NCBI GenBank assembly: GCA_030704615.1
Contig: CM060733.1
Location: 38,502,001-38,566,000, forward strand
Origin: Takakia lepidozioides
Lineage: Eukaryota; Plantae; Bryophyta
Reading direction: 5' to 3'
Length of the DNA stretch: 64,000 bases
Shown here: piece after piece, positions 49,261 to 63,384 of the stretch
Numbering within the stretch: the first letter of the stretch is position 1
How the letters are laid out: every line of letters begins with the position of its first letter
Position numbers and translations under genes: made by a program
The notes under the pieces: model-generated
Database searches by the model: none
What the model saw: the letters and a program-made list of their open reading frames with translations, nothing else
What the model was told of the DNA's origin: nothing

Positions 49261-50301
49261 AGTCGCCTTAAATAGACGAGCGAGATAATTGCATATGCCA
49301 GGGGTATGTCTTTGTTGCAGTGGAAGCACCAAGGTGGGTGATATGCCCATGGGGTGTCTTCAGATACTAGCACTCAGTACTTCTCCATGCAATATGAGGC
49401 CACTGGATACATTCAGCCTCTATCATCCTACCTTTCTTCTTTTTTCCCTCTCTCTCTATTTCCTTTTATCCTTCCCTCATCTGCCTTGTCTTCCAAGTAT
49501 ATCCAGCAGGATCTTGAACCAGCACCCTAACGTCACCACATTGGCCAAGTCAGTCCTCTTCATAATCACCCAGAACTCCCCATCTCTCAACTTTGTATCT
49601 ATCTTCCAAGGAAAGTCTGGTGGTGTCGCAAAAGCTGCTATCCGGTGCCACCACTTCGCATATATCCTAGGAGCTTTGTCACGCTTATAATTCCTCGCCG
49701 CCCTTACCTGATGTTCACTGCTCCTGCCCTAGCTCGGCTGATTCCCACCAGACTTCATGCTGACACAAAAACAGGATGCAACCTCTCAGGCTATAAATGC
49801 TAACCGCCGAATATAAAAAAAACGCCGCAACACTTCTCCAAAACCCTTATACACACACCTCGTGCTTGAAGCCCTGATGATCACTTATACCCCTGCGTCT
49901 ATGCTAGACACATTAGACTGCTAGCCCGAACGTCGCATGGAGAGGTGGAGTCCATCCACGTGATTTTTCATCCAGCAAAGTTACATAAGATGATAACCCG
50001 CGATTTTATCCGTAGCGGTCAACCAACAGATTTCATCAAAGGACTTAGCCAAAAATGCACCTTTAAGTACTAGGAAAAGAAGAATTCAAAAATGAAAAAC
50101 AGGGCACAAGAATTGCACCACATATGTGGTGTGGCTCTCGTTTTAAGTGACAGCGTCCCTGCTGTCTTTGTGTTGAGCAAACATTTGCGTTCTGCCTTTC
50201 CCCTGCTGCTTGTGATCCTTATATCCAATAAATGAGTATGGTCCCTCCCAAGGGCTGATCATGGCACCTCTCTTCCCAGGTCTATCATCATGACTAAACT
50301 T

Positions 50302-51670
50302 TGTAACATCCAGGATCTATACAGACTATAATTGAAGTCCTTGTCAACTTTTTCCCAAAACACTCGATGCCTTCTAGGTTTTCATTGCAGGTTTATATAT
50401 CCTTCATAATATGATTATTTTAAATGTTTGACTTGAGAGCCTCAAGTCAAAACTTCCTAAAGTCAACCTTCTTAGGTTTGACATATTCTCCACAATATGA
50501 TTTTCTCAAACATTTGACCTACTCTCCATAATATGAATATCTTATAGGTTTGACTTACAAGCCTAAAGTCAAACTTCCTTAAGTCAAACTTCTTAGGAAC
50601 CTTCCTAATTATTTTGGAAACTTCTAGGGAACTTTCTTCCTCCATCTAGATCCTTCTAGATTCTACTCTGTTACAATCCTCCCCTCTTTCAAGAAGCAAC
50701 GTTCTCGTTGTTCGAATTTTCAAAAGCTTGAATTGCCAATTGAGCATTTGCAAGATTTTTCACCGGTTCCCACGTAGCTTCATGTAATGGAAATCCTTTC
50801 CATAAAACCAAATATTCCAACACCTCATGTCGTCATCGTTTCTATGTGCATTTTTCAACGGTCGACCTCCCATTCTTCATTTCCGTCTGTCAACTCTGGT
50901 AAAGGTTGTGGTTCTTGATTATTTTTTAATATTAATGGTCGAGGTTCGTAATGACGTAATAGAGAAACGTGAAACACCGGGTGGATCTTCATATGTGGTG
51001 ATAACTCCAGCTTGTATGCTACTGCTCCAACACGTTTAATGATCGAAAAAAGACCAATGAACCGTACTCCTAGTTTTTGCAATCCAATGATATGTAAGTT
51101 GGTTGTAGACAAGCACACTTGATCCCCGACTACAAACTCATCATCCCATCAATGTGCATTTGCATACTGCTTTTGTCGATTTTGGGCAATAATCAGCTTC
51201 TCTTTAGCTTGACGTACTCCCCGTCGAATTTGTTGCACAAAAGCGTTAGTCGCGGCTATCTTGGATAATTCTTCATTTGGTAACTTGAACTTTGTAAGAG
51301 TTATTGGCAAATTTGGATGTTCGCCATACATTAAAAAGAAATTAGTCTATTTGGTTGATGCGTTGACCAAATTATTGTACGAAAATTCTACCAAAGGTAA
51401 TAACCAATTCCACTCTTTTTGTTCTTCTAACGTAAAGGCCCGCAATATGTCTTCAATTGTACGATTCGCTCGCTCTGTCTGTTCATCTGACTCAGGATAA
51501 TATGTTGTTGACATAGCTAATTAAAAAGACCAAATAGGCTTTTCCAAAACAAGCTAGTAAATTGGGTACCCCTATCAGTAATGAAAACTTTAGATAACCC
51601 ATGTGGGAATAGACCGCTCCAAGATATAGTCGAGCTAGTTCAGGTGCAGTGACAGATTTTCTAGTGGGGT
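50302..51670 (-). mobile_element. Degenerate chromovirus remnant: integrase/chromodomain 3' part, PPT and 3' LTR (50302-50675)
   Basis: TGTAACA...TGTTACA LTR termini, PPT at 50677-50690, IHPVFHVSLLR..EEWEVDR, AQNRQKQYAN. Confidence 0.85.
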
Positions 51671-52115
51671 AAGTGCAAACTACACTGGCTCAAAAGCGGC
51701 AGATGTGCCCTCCACTGAAAGTCCATGAGAAAAAATTAATTAGATTTTAACTAAGGATATTTGTTCAAATATATTTTTATCTTTATAAGTAATGGTATAC
51801 TAATCATATTTAGTAAATGGTCTCATCCCAAATATTTGAGATATTATTTATTATATATTTTCTTTTTAAAAAATCTTATTTAAATAATAATAATAATTTA
51901 TTATTATCTTGTAGTTTATGAAATTTGTCCATATAACAATAAGCTCCTAGAGACAATAACAATATATATATTCTTAGCAAAGATCTCGACCCAAATTCCA
52001 GTGATGACAAAGTCAGAACACAGAGGCAAGAATAGGCCCTCTTTCGTCGTTCATTTCGTTACGGCGCCAATTCCTGCGCGAGGTATGCCAAATCCGCGCG
52101 GGAGCATCGAGGAAG

Positions 52116-52270
52116 GTGGACACAGGCAAAGTGGTCGGTGGTGAAATCATCAAACGGGGCATCACAACAGATGTCATTTTGAACACTATCCTGGTGGACA
52201 TGTATGCCAAATGCTGCAGCATCAAGGATGCAAAAGGAGCGTTCGACACTACGGCAGAAAGAAATGTGCG
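52116..52270 (+). pseudogene. PLS-type PPR fragment
   Basis: IIKRGITTDVILNTILVDMYAKCCSIKDAKGAFD..AERNV, homologous to the repeats at 54560-54690. Confidence 0.7.
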
Positions 52271-52694
52271 ACGAATGTGGAATGTGGAATGTGGAATGCA
52301 ATGCGGACAGGGTACCGGATTAAGGATAGCTGATGATGCAAGATGGAGTGTGGGTCCAGGTAATAACTCCAAACAATGTGGTTTTCCTTCGTGGGTTCGT
52401 AGTATCGTGTAGCATCATAGGATGGAGGCCTGTTGTTGTCTTTAGAGCAATCAGCAGAAACAACTGTACTCTGGACTGAAGCAAGAAAGCACCAGGGATA
52501 GCTAGACAATGTTGATAATTGGTATATCTCGCACATTATAATCAATGTTGGACTATGCACAAAGGTCCCCTACAGTTTGCAAGGTGCTTGGGAGGGTTTA
52601 GATTGTGACTGCTCTGCTGCTCCCAGGTCATTTCCACATAACACTCCAAAGTCTCTAGACTACTGACATAAGCAGTGATGGAAGATGGACGTTT

Positions 52695-52698
<4 letters not shown>

Positions 52699-52748
<50 letters not shown>
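52699..52748. repeat. (TC)25 microsatellite
   Basis: Direct reading of the sequence. Confidence 0.97.
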
Positions 52749-52750
<2 letters not shown>

Positions 52751-54344
52751 CAACTAATTATTCCATGTATATGTAGAGAGGTCTTTGGGTCCGATTGTTG
52801 TGTACTTGACTGCTGAACTTTCTCTTTTACTCAAAAAACCTCACAGCCCAAAAGGCGTACTCGGTTGCAGTGCATCTTAGGATAAGCCTCGCTCTGTTTC
52901 TCTTACACAAAATAGGCTTACAGGTTTGAACACAGATATCCAACAATGAGTACTAGGTGGTAGTGTCGTGTAAGGCATACGGCATGCAGACAATGTAATT
53001 GTGCAGAAACTCACTGACAAGGCTTCAGCATGGTTTGGGAAATCCTTGCTTTTAGGCATTCATCCCCCCTTCCTTTAAATGTAGTGTGGGTTGTAGGGCT
53101 ATGTTAAGCGTGGTCTGAGAAACACACTTGCCTCTGCAAGGACAACAACCAATTGCCCAGGTCCCAAAGATTTACCCTGAGAGCTTTGACTGGGACGCCA
53201 AACATGAACGATTTATATTGGGTTCTACCACCTTGGGCTCCCTCCTCTCCCTATGCAATGTATGGGCAATAAGTGGATGGTGGGTAGTTGGAGCAGACTG
53301 AGGAGACCAAAAAGTTGTGGGGTGATGGTCACTAGCTGACAGTTCTTTCAAAGAGGTTGCAACATGTTGTTGTTGTGTGTGAAGAATCATGTGGGTTTAT
53401 GCAAGTCATTTTGTCCACTAATATGGCGTGGTGGGGATGGTGGCATGTTTGGGCAGGGTGCAAATGCACTGTATCCATTTGGGCAGGAACAGCTGTTGTC
53501 TGTTCTAGATCCATCTGAGCAACAGAATGTTCTCTCTGCATTTTACCAGCGCCTAACATCTACAGACTCTTTAACCCAACAACAAGCTATATGTCCCATC
53601 ACATTTCACCTGAGCTTGTTCTTCCTTGTACAACAATTTGACACACACAAATTGCTAACTCTCTTTCTTGAAAAGATGCAGAGAGGAGAGGGAGATTGTC
53701 AATGCCCAATGTGAGGGTGGCTTGAACCAACATCCATTTTCTGATACAATGTCCGGGGTATTCTCATCAGAGAGCGACCCGTGTGAGGACCATCAAGAAT
53801 ATAGTCCCTGCACCTCTGTTCACCATCTTTCAAAATCTCGAGGCTGAGCCTAAAGCGGCCCTGTTGGGGTCTATTTGCTGGGTCACACACAACAAATTGA
53901 TGCTTGTGTGAAGGGCTTGCTAGAGATATCTGGAAAGCGCGAACCAATTGCTTATACCAAGGTAGTTCCCACTACTGGAGTAGGTCCCTCACAAAGGTTT
54001 GCTCTTGTTCCGCCCAGACTGGGGGGACGGCCACAAGGCTATGGCAACACAATGTCTCATGAATACATTCTCTTTCCCACACACAAGCCAGATGGGTTAT
54101 TTGTAATTTATGAGTATGACAATGTCCTAGAAGGAGGTGGTGGCATGCAGGCGCAAGCGTGGCTGCGATGGGAGATGGGGTTGAGTTTTTCTCATCATCA
54201 CCCTCCGTGGTCAGCTGGGATGGCCACCAGTACCTCACCGTCCCCTCCCTAGTATGGCGTTGTGTACCTCACTTGCATTAATTTTTGAGAGCACAATGTT
54301 AAAGATAACATTTTTGGATGCAGGTTTCTAGTGAGTCCAATAAT

Positions 54345-55923
54345 GGATGTGATGCGAAGGGAGTGTTCGACAATGTCTAAACAAAATGTGGTATCCTGAA
54401 GTTCAATGATTGCAGCATATGCCCAGCATGGGTATGGGATGGAGGCTTTGAAGACCTATGAGCAAATGATGTGGGAAGGGGTGAAGCCATACCAGGTCGC
54501 ATTCATTTGTGTTTGCAATGCATGTGCGAGCCTGGCAGCCCTGGAAAAGGCCAAAGAGGTCCATGCTGACATCATCAAAGCTGGGATTGTACCAGATGTC
54601 ATTTTGAACATTGCCCTGGTGAAAATGTATGCCAAATGTGGGAGCATCAAAGATGCAAAGGGAGTGTTCGACAATATGACTAAATGAGATGTGGTATCCT
54701 TGAGTGCAATGATTGCAGGATATGCCCAGCATGGGTGTGGGATGAAGGCTTTGGAGACCTATGAGCAAATGATGTGGGAAGGGGTGAAGCCAGACTAGGT
54801 TGCATTCATTTGCATTTGCAATGCATGTGCCAGCCTAGCAGCCCTGGAAAAAGAATAAAAGGTCCATAATGACATCATGAAAGCAGGAATTGTACCTGAT
54901 GTCATTTTGAGCAATAGCCTCGTGGACATGTATGTCAAATGTGGCAGCATCGAAGATGCAAAAGGAGTGTTTTGACAGTATGGCTGAAAAAAATGTGGTG
55001 TCATGGAACACAATGATTGCAGGATATTCCTAGCATGGGTGTGAGATGGATGCTTTGGAGACCTATGAACAGATGATGTGGAAAGGGGTGAAGCCGGACC
55101 AGATTACATTCATCTGTGTTTGCAATGTGTGTGCCAGCCTAGCAGCCCTGGAAAAGGGAAAGAAGGTCCATGAAGACATCATGAAAGCTGGAATTGTACT
55201 TGATGTAAAAGGGAGTGTTTGACAATATTGCTGAACGAAATTTGGTGTCATGGACTGCAATGATCACAGGATATGCCCAGCATGGTTGTCACAGGAATGC
55301 CCTGCACTATTTGAAGGAATGCAAAAGGCTTGAACTGGACAGTATCACCTTCATATGTGTTCTCTCCGTATGTAGCCAAGTTGGCCTAGTGGATGAAGGA
55401 AAACACTACTTTGATTCACTGAGTCAAGATCATGGTGTCACTCCAACAGTAGAGCACTTTGTCTGCATGGTTGACCTGATTGGTCGTGCAGGGCGATTAG
55501 ATGAGGTAGAGGACTTCATTAACAACATGCCAATTAAACTAGATGCTATGGTATGGAGGACCTTGCTTGGTGCCTGCAAGATTCATGGCAATGTGGAGAT
55601 GGCTGAACGTGCTGCAACATCTATTCTCAAGTAGGATGAACAGGATGTTGCGACTTACGTGTTGCTATCAAACATCTATGCTGCAGCTGGCAGGTGGGAC
55701 ATGCTGCGCAGGTGAGGAAGATGATGAAGGTCAGAGGGGTTAGAAAAGAGTCATGTCACTTCTGCATTGAGGTTGACAACATGGTGCACACCTTTTTTTT
55801 GTAGATGATAAATTGCATCTAAAATTTGAGAAGATCCATGCTCAGCTGAGAAGATTGTCTCGGCAGATGGAGGAGGCAGGGTATGTACCTGACACTCATT
55901 TTTATTGCATGATGTGGAGGAGC
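54345..55923 (+). pseudogene. PLS-class PPR (organellar RNA-editing factor type) with E, E+ and start of DYW, truncated by a Gypsy insertion
   Basis: Three ~303-nt PLS triplets (MYAKCGSIKDAKGVFD, WTAMITGYAQHG), then HFVCMVDLIGRAGRL, WRTLLGACKIHGN, YVLLSNIYAAAGRWD and GYVPDT..LHDVEE. Many stop codons. Confidence 0.92.
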
Positions 55924-56221
55924 AGCTATGAGGTACCTACCAGGCTAGCATAACCGGATTAATACTGTCGTGCGCATACATATCGCTACACAACTACATC
56001 GCTGTCCAAAACCACACAACACATGTGCACGCCACACACTAGTATACCACTAGTCCACCACTAGTCCAACCACTAGACTACAACTAGTCAGTCACTAGGC
56101 TGCCACTATGCTGCCCACTATGGCAGTCACTAGTCCACACAATGATAAAGAAGAAGAATACAAGCACAAGCTCATGCGAGCTCACAAAGCTGAAGCATAA
56201 ACTCATGCATATATAACCTCA

Positions 56222-58800
56222 TCACTCAAATATCACGGTGCTGTGCAATGGCAAGGTTCTCAAAAGCCATGGGCATGACTTTCTTGAACAACTCTGCACG
56301 CTAATCACATGCACGTACCCACACGTCCGGATCATCAAGGTTAAGGATTTGAGCAGTGTCCCTACGAATGGCTGCAGGCAAATCCGGCTCTTGGCCAAAG
56401 AGAAGGAAATATGGTGAGAAAGAGGCAATTGATGCTTGTTTGCTGAACCTGTAGCCCATGGCTAGCCAAGGCACCTGAAGATCCCAATCTCCTAGGTGTC
56501 CTTTCTACAAGCCATACTTTCGTAAACCCCTCTTCACCATTTGAACAACTCTCTCTGCCAAGCCATCGGCCTCAAGATAATCCCGAGAAGTGGTGCGGTG
56601 GTCTATCAAGGCTTTATCACACAAAGCCTGAAACTCCCACAATAACTCTCTCCCTTGGTCCGTGAGTACCTCAGCTGGAGCACCGAATCGGCTAAGCACA
56701 CGATCCAAGAATGCATACGCAGCCCCCTCACTAGCCTTGTCAGGCAATAGAACCAACTCAATCCACTTAGAGAAGTGTTCCACCATCACCAACACATATC
56801 TGTGGTGGCGCATAGTCAGTGGCAACGGTCCTGCGAAGTCAAGACTCCACCTGTAGCCCAATCCCATGATTGGTAATGGATGCAACTGTGGTGTAGGGGC
56901 GTTGAATGAAGCACGCACCCTGTCACATACCATGCACCTAGCCACAAACTATTGCACCTCTGTATGCATACCACGCCACCAATACTGCCCCTACAGTAAA
57001 CTGTGAGTGCGTTGCACTCCAAAATGCCTCAACTCCTCATAGGCATGCCACACCAACCGTGCACGCTGTGTGGGGTGAGGCACAATCCTCACCCAACCAT
57101 CCTCCCATACTCGGAGCAGGTGAATCCCCTCCCACTTGAACCTCTTGGCTCGTTGCAAGATCCGATCTCTCTCCCTGGCAGTCATAGTGGCTGTCGTGTC
57201 TCCCGTGCGAAGGTAGTCCAACACAGCCGAATCCTCATGTATATCTCTGGCACCACCTGGCTCATCACTAGCCTCAGGGTCCTTAGACACTCCATCTACA
57301 GTCATTCCTGTTGTAGGTCCAACCTGACCTCCCGATGCCAAGATACACAAAAAGGCAGATGCATGCCATCCCGACACCATCTCCTCATCCATCTCACCAT
57401 GCCACCGAGCTCCAGTGTCATCCTGCTGGCTCGTGCATGGATTGCAACTCAATCCATCCGCATCCCGATTGACCAAACCCGGTCGATGCACAACCTGAAA
57501 GTCATACTCCTGGAGTATGAGTGCCCACCATGCAAGCTTCCCCGTAAGCTTGTCTGACTCCATCAACCACTTGAGTGGTTGGTGATCCGTGACAAGGGTG
57601 AAGAGATTACCGTATAGATAACACCTGAAGTGTGCCACGGCCCACACTGCAGCTAAGCACTCTCCCTCATATGAGCTGTACTTAGCCTCTGCAGTGTTGT
57701 TCGAGCGGCTAGCATAAGCCACTATGAACTCTCTTCCCTCATCATCCACCTGTGTGAGCACCGCTCCAAGCCCCAACATGCTCCAATCCGTATGCAGCTG
57801 AAAGGGACGCCCCCTGATAGGTCGTCTCAGGATAGGCGCCGAGGTCAACTTCGCCTTGAGCTCTTGAAAAGCTGCTCATCTTCCCACTGTCACTCCTAGT
57901 CCACCTTGGTCAGCTTGGTTAGAGCCTTTGCAATGGCACTAAATCCCTTGACAAACCGTCTATGATAGTTTGTCAACCCCATGAAAGCTCAAACTCGGCT
58001 CACATCTGTGGGGCGTGGAATTTGTGCAATGGCCTCTACCTTAGTCTGCTGTACCCCCAATCCTCCAGGATATATCATGTGACCCAGATACTCAATCTGG
58101 AAGTGGAAAAACTTGCACTTCAATCCGTGCACTCTCAAGCGCTCCAATACCACCTGAAGGTGTCTCTCATGCTCCTCCACCGTAGCACTAAAGATAATGA
58201 TGTCATCTATGTAGCACCGAGCAAAGTCCACCCCTGCTAGAATCCTATCCATGACTCTCTGAAACTCTGCAGGAGCATTCTTAAGCCCAAATGGTAAGAA
58301 CCGCCACTGATATAGACAATCCTTGCTCATTGATCCCCCAGAATGCCGTCTTCTGCTTGTCCGCCTCCTTGATCGGCAACTGGTGATATCCGGATCGTAA
58401 ATCCAAAGTGCTAAAGACCTTAGCATGCCCGATGACATCAAAGATCTCCTCTGGTGTTGGCATGGCATACTTATCGGACTTGGTCTGACGATTTACAGGC
58501 CGGTAATCACCGCACATACGTCTCTCCGTCCAATTGCCATAGACATCCTTCTTGGCTGGCATCACTGTGGCTGAAGCATACTCTCCACTAGAGAGCTCCA
58601 CCAAACCAGCCTCCCAGAGATCTTGAGTCCTCATCTGAATCAAAGACCTCTCCATGTCACTGTATCTATAGGGTCTCCAAAAGATTGGCGTGTCAGTGGC
58701 CAACTCAATACGAATATCTTGACCCTTCAGTGCTCCCAAGTCCTTCAAACTGAAGGCAAAGCAATTCCTGTAAGCCCTCAGGAACTGCCGTATACGTCGT
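56222..58800 (-). pseudogene. Gypsy pol: RT, RNase H, integrase (disrupted, C-terminus deleted)
   Basis: ORFs 58281-58748, 57989-58468, 56991-57848 and 56505-56945 carry the canonical motifs. Confidence 0.93.
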
Positions 58801-59199
58801 CTCTCTCCTCCGGTGACAATGGGTCCAATGTCAGGCTCCCAATTGTCCTCCGTAACTGCAACCTTAAGTCCAGTGGGCTTAGAGGTAGAGGACGCGTCCA
58901 GTGGTTGCTATGTTGCAACCTCTTGAGCAGTACTCCCTACCTGCTCAGTCAATGACAATGCCTCATCCTGCCCCATCATCTCATCCTCGAGGACTTCCTC
59001 AACCCGAGAAAAATCCCCAACCTCATCCATCACCGCCGCCCTGGCTGCCAACTCCCTCTGAACCTCGAGCACCTCCCACGTGTGCCATGGATGCCTGCAC
59101 CCTGTGGTCCTCTCATGCTCGCCCCCACTCACTGCCTGTACCGTCTCGATAGGCAGAGAGACCATCGAGGGAAGTGTACTCCGCACTCTGCGTTGCTCA

Positions 59200-59915
59200 G
59201 CCATAGCCAAGCTGATAATCCAGGTCAAGCAATTGAGATCCATTGCTTGCCCCAACACTTGACGACGTGATGACTCAGAAAGAGACGGCACCGCCATGGT
59301 ACCAGTGGTAAAACCCATTGCCCACTCACGCTCGTCAGCATTAAGCTCCACTAACTGCTGCAACTGAGCATCCCATAGGAGGCCAGGTCCACTATCCCGG
59401 AAAGCATGCGATCATGGGAAACTGAGTAGTGTAGGTAATGCTGCTCGTGGTTGACCCACCTTGTTGACCAGTGCCAAAGGCAAACGGTCATCGTGTCTCA
59501 CACGCTGAGACTGCCTGCCATGGACGATGAGCCCGTGACCCCACTGTAGCTGTATCTAACAACTCTGCTGACCCAAGCCACGACCGGACTTGATGCACAC
59601 TGACCATCACCCTGGCCCAAGAATCGCCCATCAGTGGCACATTCTTCAAGATGTATGCTGGAGATACAGCTTGATGAAGCTGCAAGTGGCGCAAAACCCA
59701 CATCATCTCCCAAAACAGACCCGACCTCGAGTCTCGTAATCCATTGCCATGCCCGGCTGATGAATGCTCTTGGCAGGGCCAACCTGCCACTACTAGATCA
59801 ATGGAGCCAACCCACTCCAAATCCTGCGCCCCCAGCAACGAAATGTCTGCTGGCAAGGCCTGTTGATATCAACGAACTGCAGACACCGGCAATAACTCAG
59901 GGTACTGCTGCACAG
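59200..59915 (-). pseudogene. Retrotransposon-borne DNA (cytosine-5)-methyltransferase domain (motif I region deleted in this copy)
   Basis: IDLVVAGWPCQ (motif IV, 59770-59784), RSGLFWE, YILKNV (motif VI ENV variant, 59638-59646), GSRAHRP (VIII), EREWAMGF (IX), RRQVLGQAM (X). Confidence 0.88.
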
Positions 59916-61872
59916 AAGATGAAGTAACCTCCCCACTCTCACAGAGTGTAGCTGCCAGCCTGAACACCTCAGTTGGTCTTACCCCCGGCGTCGCAATCAT
60001 AGTAGCCGAGAACAATGGAGCCTGGCACACAGATGTGGCCGCTCCCAGCAGCACACTAGCTGCCATAGCCTTGGCAGCACTAGGTAGTGGTGCTACCCGT
60101 GTAGCTCTCCCCAATGGCATAATAACCTCCGCCTCGGTAACAGTCGGGCGAGAACTAGGTGCCATGGATGGCGTCGACACTGTCTCCGCCAATATGAATG
60201 ACTGAGGAAGCCTAGCCTGACGATTTGTCTTCCCACGCTGTGGATCCAACTCCACCTCTGCACCTCGTGGCTCAGGAACTCGTGTTGCTCCTCGAGTCAC
60301 GGCTGCAGCAGACTCCACCTGCACTAATGGTAGTGCTGCTCCGCACATGAATCCCATGCCTTCTATATCTCCTCCCTCAGGAGCAAGAGATGGACCATCC
60401 GGCCTTGGAGCCGGTACCACCTGAGCTGTAGCCATGGCAGCGAGCCTCTGCTCTAGTTGCTGAAGCCGGTTGGCCATGCCTTGGTCAACACCCTGACCTC
60501 CGCGTCCTTGGCCATGTTGAGCTTGCCCTTGGCCTACACCTTGTGCCTGGCCACCTCGTCCTCTCTGGGCTGCCCCACCTCGCCCCTGGCCACCATTGTT
60601 CCCTTGGAACTGGCCTGGGCACAACTCAGCATGCAAACCATATCCGGCATCACATCCCGGTATTTCTCCAGGATCCCCTTGATCCAATCTGGGCTTGGCT
60701 CCCTACTCCATGCCTGTGCTTGCCACACTGCCCACACTGCAATTGTGCAGGCTGTGCATGTGCCGACCCTTTGCCTCCCTCTGGGCAATCCTTCTTGACA
60801 TGGGGTCCTCCACATGTCCAACACACCACCTCAGCCCGTTGTTGGCCTGCAAATGAAAGAAGAGACCCCTGCATCTGAGGTCCTCTCTGTCCTTCCCTGA
60901 GCTTCACCTGAGCCCCCTTGTTGCCTTGAACACGTTGAGGTAGTGGTTGGCTAGGAGCACCACTACCCCGTGGTGTCTCCTTAGCAAATCCCACCATGAC
61001 CACTCGTTCCTCCACCATGTTGAGCTCTATCCGCTCTGCCAGCAAAAACACATTTGCTAAGGTGGGTTGGGTCGTTTGTAGGAGAGTTGCATCCCGCACC
61101 CTTTTCCTCAGCTCCTTGTCCAATATCCCATACTAGAATTGGACTGCCTGAGCTTCCGTAACCCCTTGGGTTACATTTATCAAGTGCCTCATGCGAGTGA
61201 AAGCCTCCCTCAAGCTCTCAGTAGGCTGAACTCTTGCAAGCTCCGCAACTTCTCTGTCCTCACCCCTTAGTAGTTCCCTCTCAACTCTTCGAAGAACTCC
61301 ACAACAGGGTTGAAGGCAGACACGGGTACTGGTGCTGGTGCGGTAGTGGCTTGGGTGGACGTCGTAGCTACGGTACCACCAGTCCCACTAGTCCCACTGC
61401 AGCTTGCTGAAGCTGCCGGTGCAGCGGCATATGTAGCCACTGCCCTCGTGGCTCTAGTGCCCCTAGTGATGGAGACATAGTCAGGTGACCAGTACATCCT
61501 CCACTCCTCGATCTCAACCTCATGCCCCCGCCTGAACTCATGGTAATCATCCATAGGCAGCCCCTCAAGGTGCTGAAACAGCCCCTTGCATGCCATGAAA
61601 GGCGTAAATAGTTGTGGATTGCGCATTTGCTGCAAATCACACCTTGTGTCCCACAACAATGGCAAGGAAACAACTTGCACCGCCGGTATGAGTCCCCTGA
61701 TTCACAATCCGAATCAGAACCTTCCGTAGAAGACACAAGAGGTGAAGGTGGCCTAAACCGCACACCTCGTCTCGTGTACCCACTAGTATCGCTAGTGCTC
61801 GAACCGGCACTGTCCCCAGCAACTAGTGGCACCTCCGTGTTGACAAACTGTCACTCAACCGGTCATGAACAT
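59916..61872 (-). pseudogene. Gypsy gag region with zinc knuckles and G/Q-rich linker
   Basis: LDKELRKRVRDA..., CWTCGGPHVKKDC, CGQCGKHRH. Frameshifted. Confidence 0.7.
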
Positions 61873-62554
61873 GTCCCTAACCCCCTCTCCACAAGGTAAC
61901 CGGGTAGAGAACCTGTTGCGGCTTATGGTTTGGAATACTAGGTTCCTAACATAGCCTACACCTGCACTTGCATCCACCGCAAGCACTCCTATGGTTGGCT
62001 GGTCATCACCTCGAACCTCACCACAGGAAAAACAATGATAGTCTGACTGGTCATCACCCCAGCCTCACCATCAACAACATGCTCTAGGACTGGCCGGTGA
62101 TCAAATCCGGACCAATCACCTATAAAAACAAATGCCCACACAAAACTAACATGGCGCACAGTCAAGCATGCAGGTATGGAGGGGATCCAAACACAAGAAA
62201 TCAGAACGACAACTTCCCCACACCAAAAACAACTCCACGGTGTTGCTCCTGCAAGGACACCCCAGCCCAAACCCGGACTGACTCTTGCCTCCACCTATGG
62301 AAAGGTCTTGGCCTAGTGAGAGGGTGGAAAACTACGAGGAAGAGAAGCTAAAGCAATGCCTAACCCCAGCATGCCCTCATCCCAACACTCTTATTCTCCT
62401 CTCTTCCCTCACTTGCATGACCATTGAAATATCATGAAGATACTCCTCAAACCGCCCTCCACGAGTTTCAAAATTTGGCCTTCAAGACCACATGCTAGTC
62501 CTCAGGTAGTCCATCAGTGCCTCCACGAGTTAACATAGGCCGTCCACATGTCAA

Positions 62555-62945
62555 CACGGGCCACCACAGACCAGCACAGGCCCACATAGATCACTGGTCA
62601 CAGCCGTCACAACCCCACACAGGCCACAGGCCACAGGTCACAGCCTGTCACAGCCCCAAAGGCCACATGGCACAGCCTGTCACAACCCCTCACAGCCCAT
62701 CAAAGCCCCACAGGCCACAAGTCACAGCCTGTCACATCCCGTCACGGCCCCAAAGGCCATAGGCACAGCCTGTCATAGTCCCTCACAGCCCCACAGGCCA
62801 CAGATCACAGCCTGTCACAGTCCCCCACAGCCCCAAAGGCCACAAGCACAGCATGTCACAGCCCTATACAGGTCACAGGGGTCACAGCCCCAAAGGTCAC
62901 AGCCTGTCACAGCCCTACACAGGTCAAAGGGGTCACAGCCCCATC
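62555..62945. repeat. Degenerate short-unit tandem repeat (GTCACAGCC/CACAGGCCA) in the Gypsy leader
   Basis: Many CAGCCTGTCACAGCCCC-like units. Confidence 0.85.
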
Positions 62946-63384
62946 CATGGCCACTCATGACAGTTTAGCCATTTCTCCAAGGGGTTTAGGTCCAAGCTAG
63001 GGTTTGTGTCTCTTGGACTCTAGGCTTCTTTGCACCGAGCTATGGCGGCTGTGAGGAAATCAGCAAGGTATTCTTGCTCTTTGTGGCCCCTACACACCAC
63101 CAATAGTAGCTCTAATTCCAAAGGAAGATGTTTGCAACCGAAACTAAGTGTACAAGCTTCATTTTAACTCACAAAACAACGTCATTGATCCCTATGGCGA
63201 CTAACCAAACATGGCTGACTTCCAGCCCTTGTAGGCACTTATTCATGCGCTCTCCATGGCCATAGAATGTGTCTTAGAGCCTATTCCAGCCCCCTACACC
63301 TGCCACTTCAAGAGCCATGCTCTATCTAGGCTTGTAGTTGAAACCCCAACTCAGAACACGCTCTACAAGTGTCGGACTGTCACA

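Noticed and set aside
53364-54252. Two plus-strand ORFs upstream of the PPR
   Set aside because: No recognisable family and no link to the PPR frame.
54345-55700. Stop codons in the PPR as U-to-C editing sites
   Set aside because: The gene is nuclear and also has frameshifts, so ordinary pseudogene decay explains the stops.
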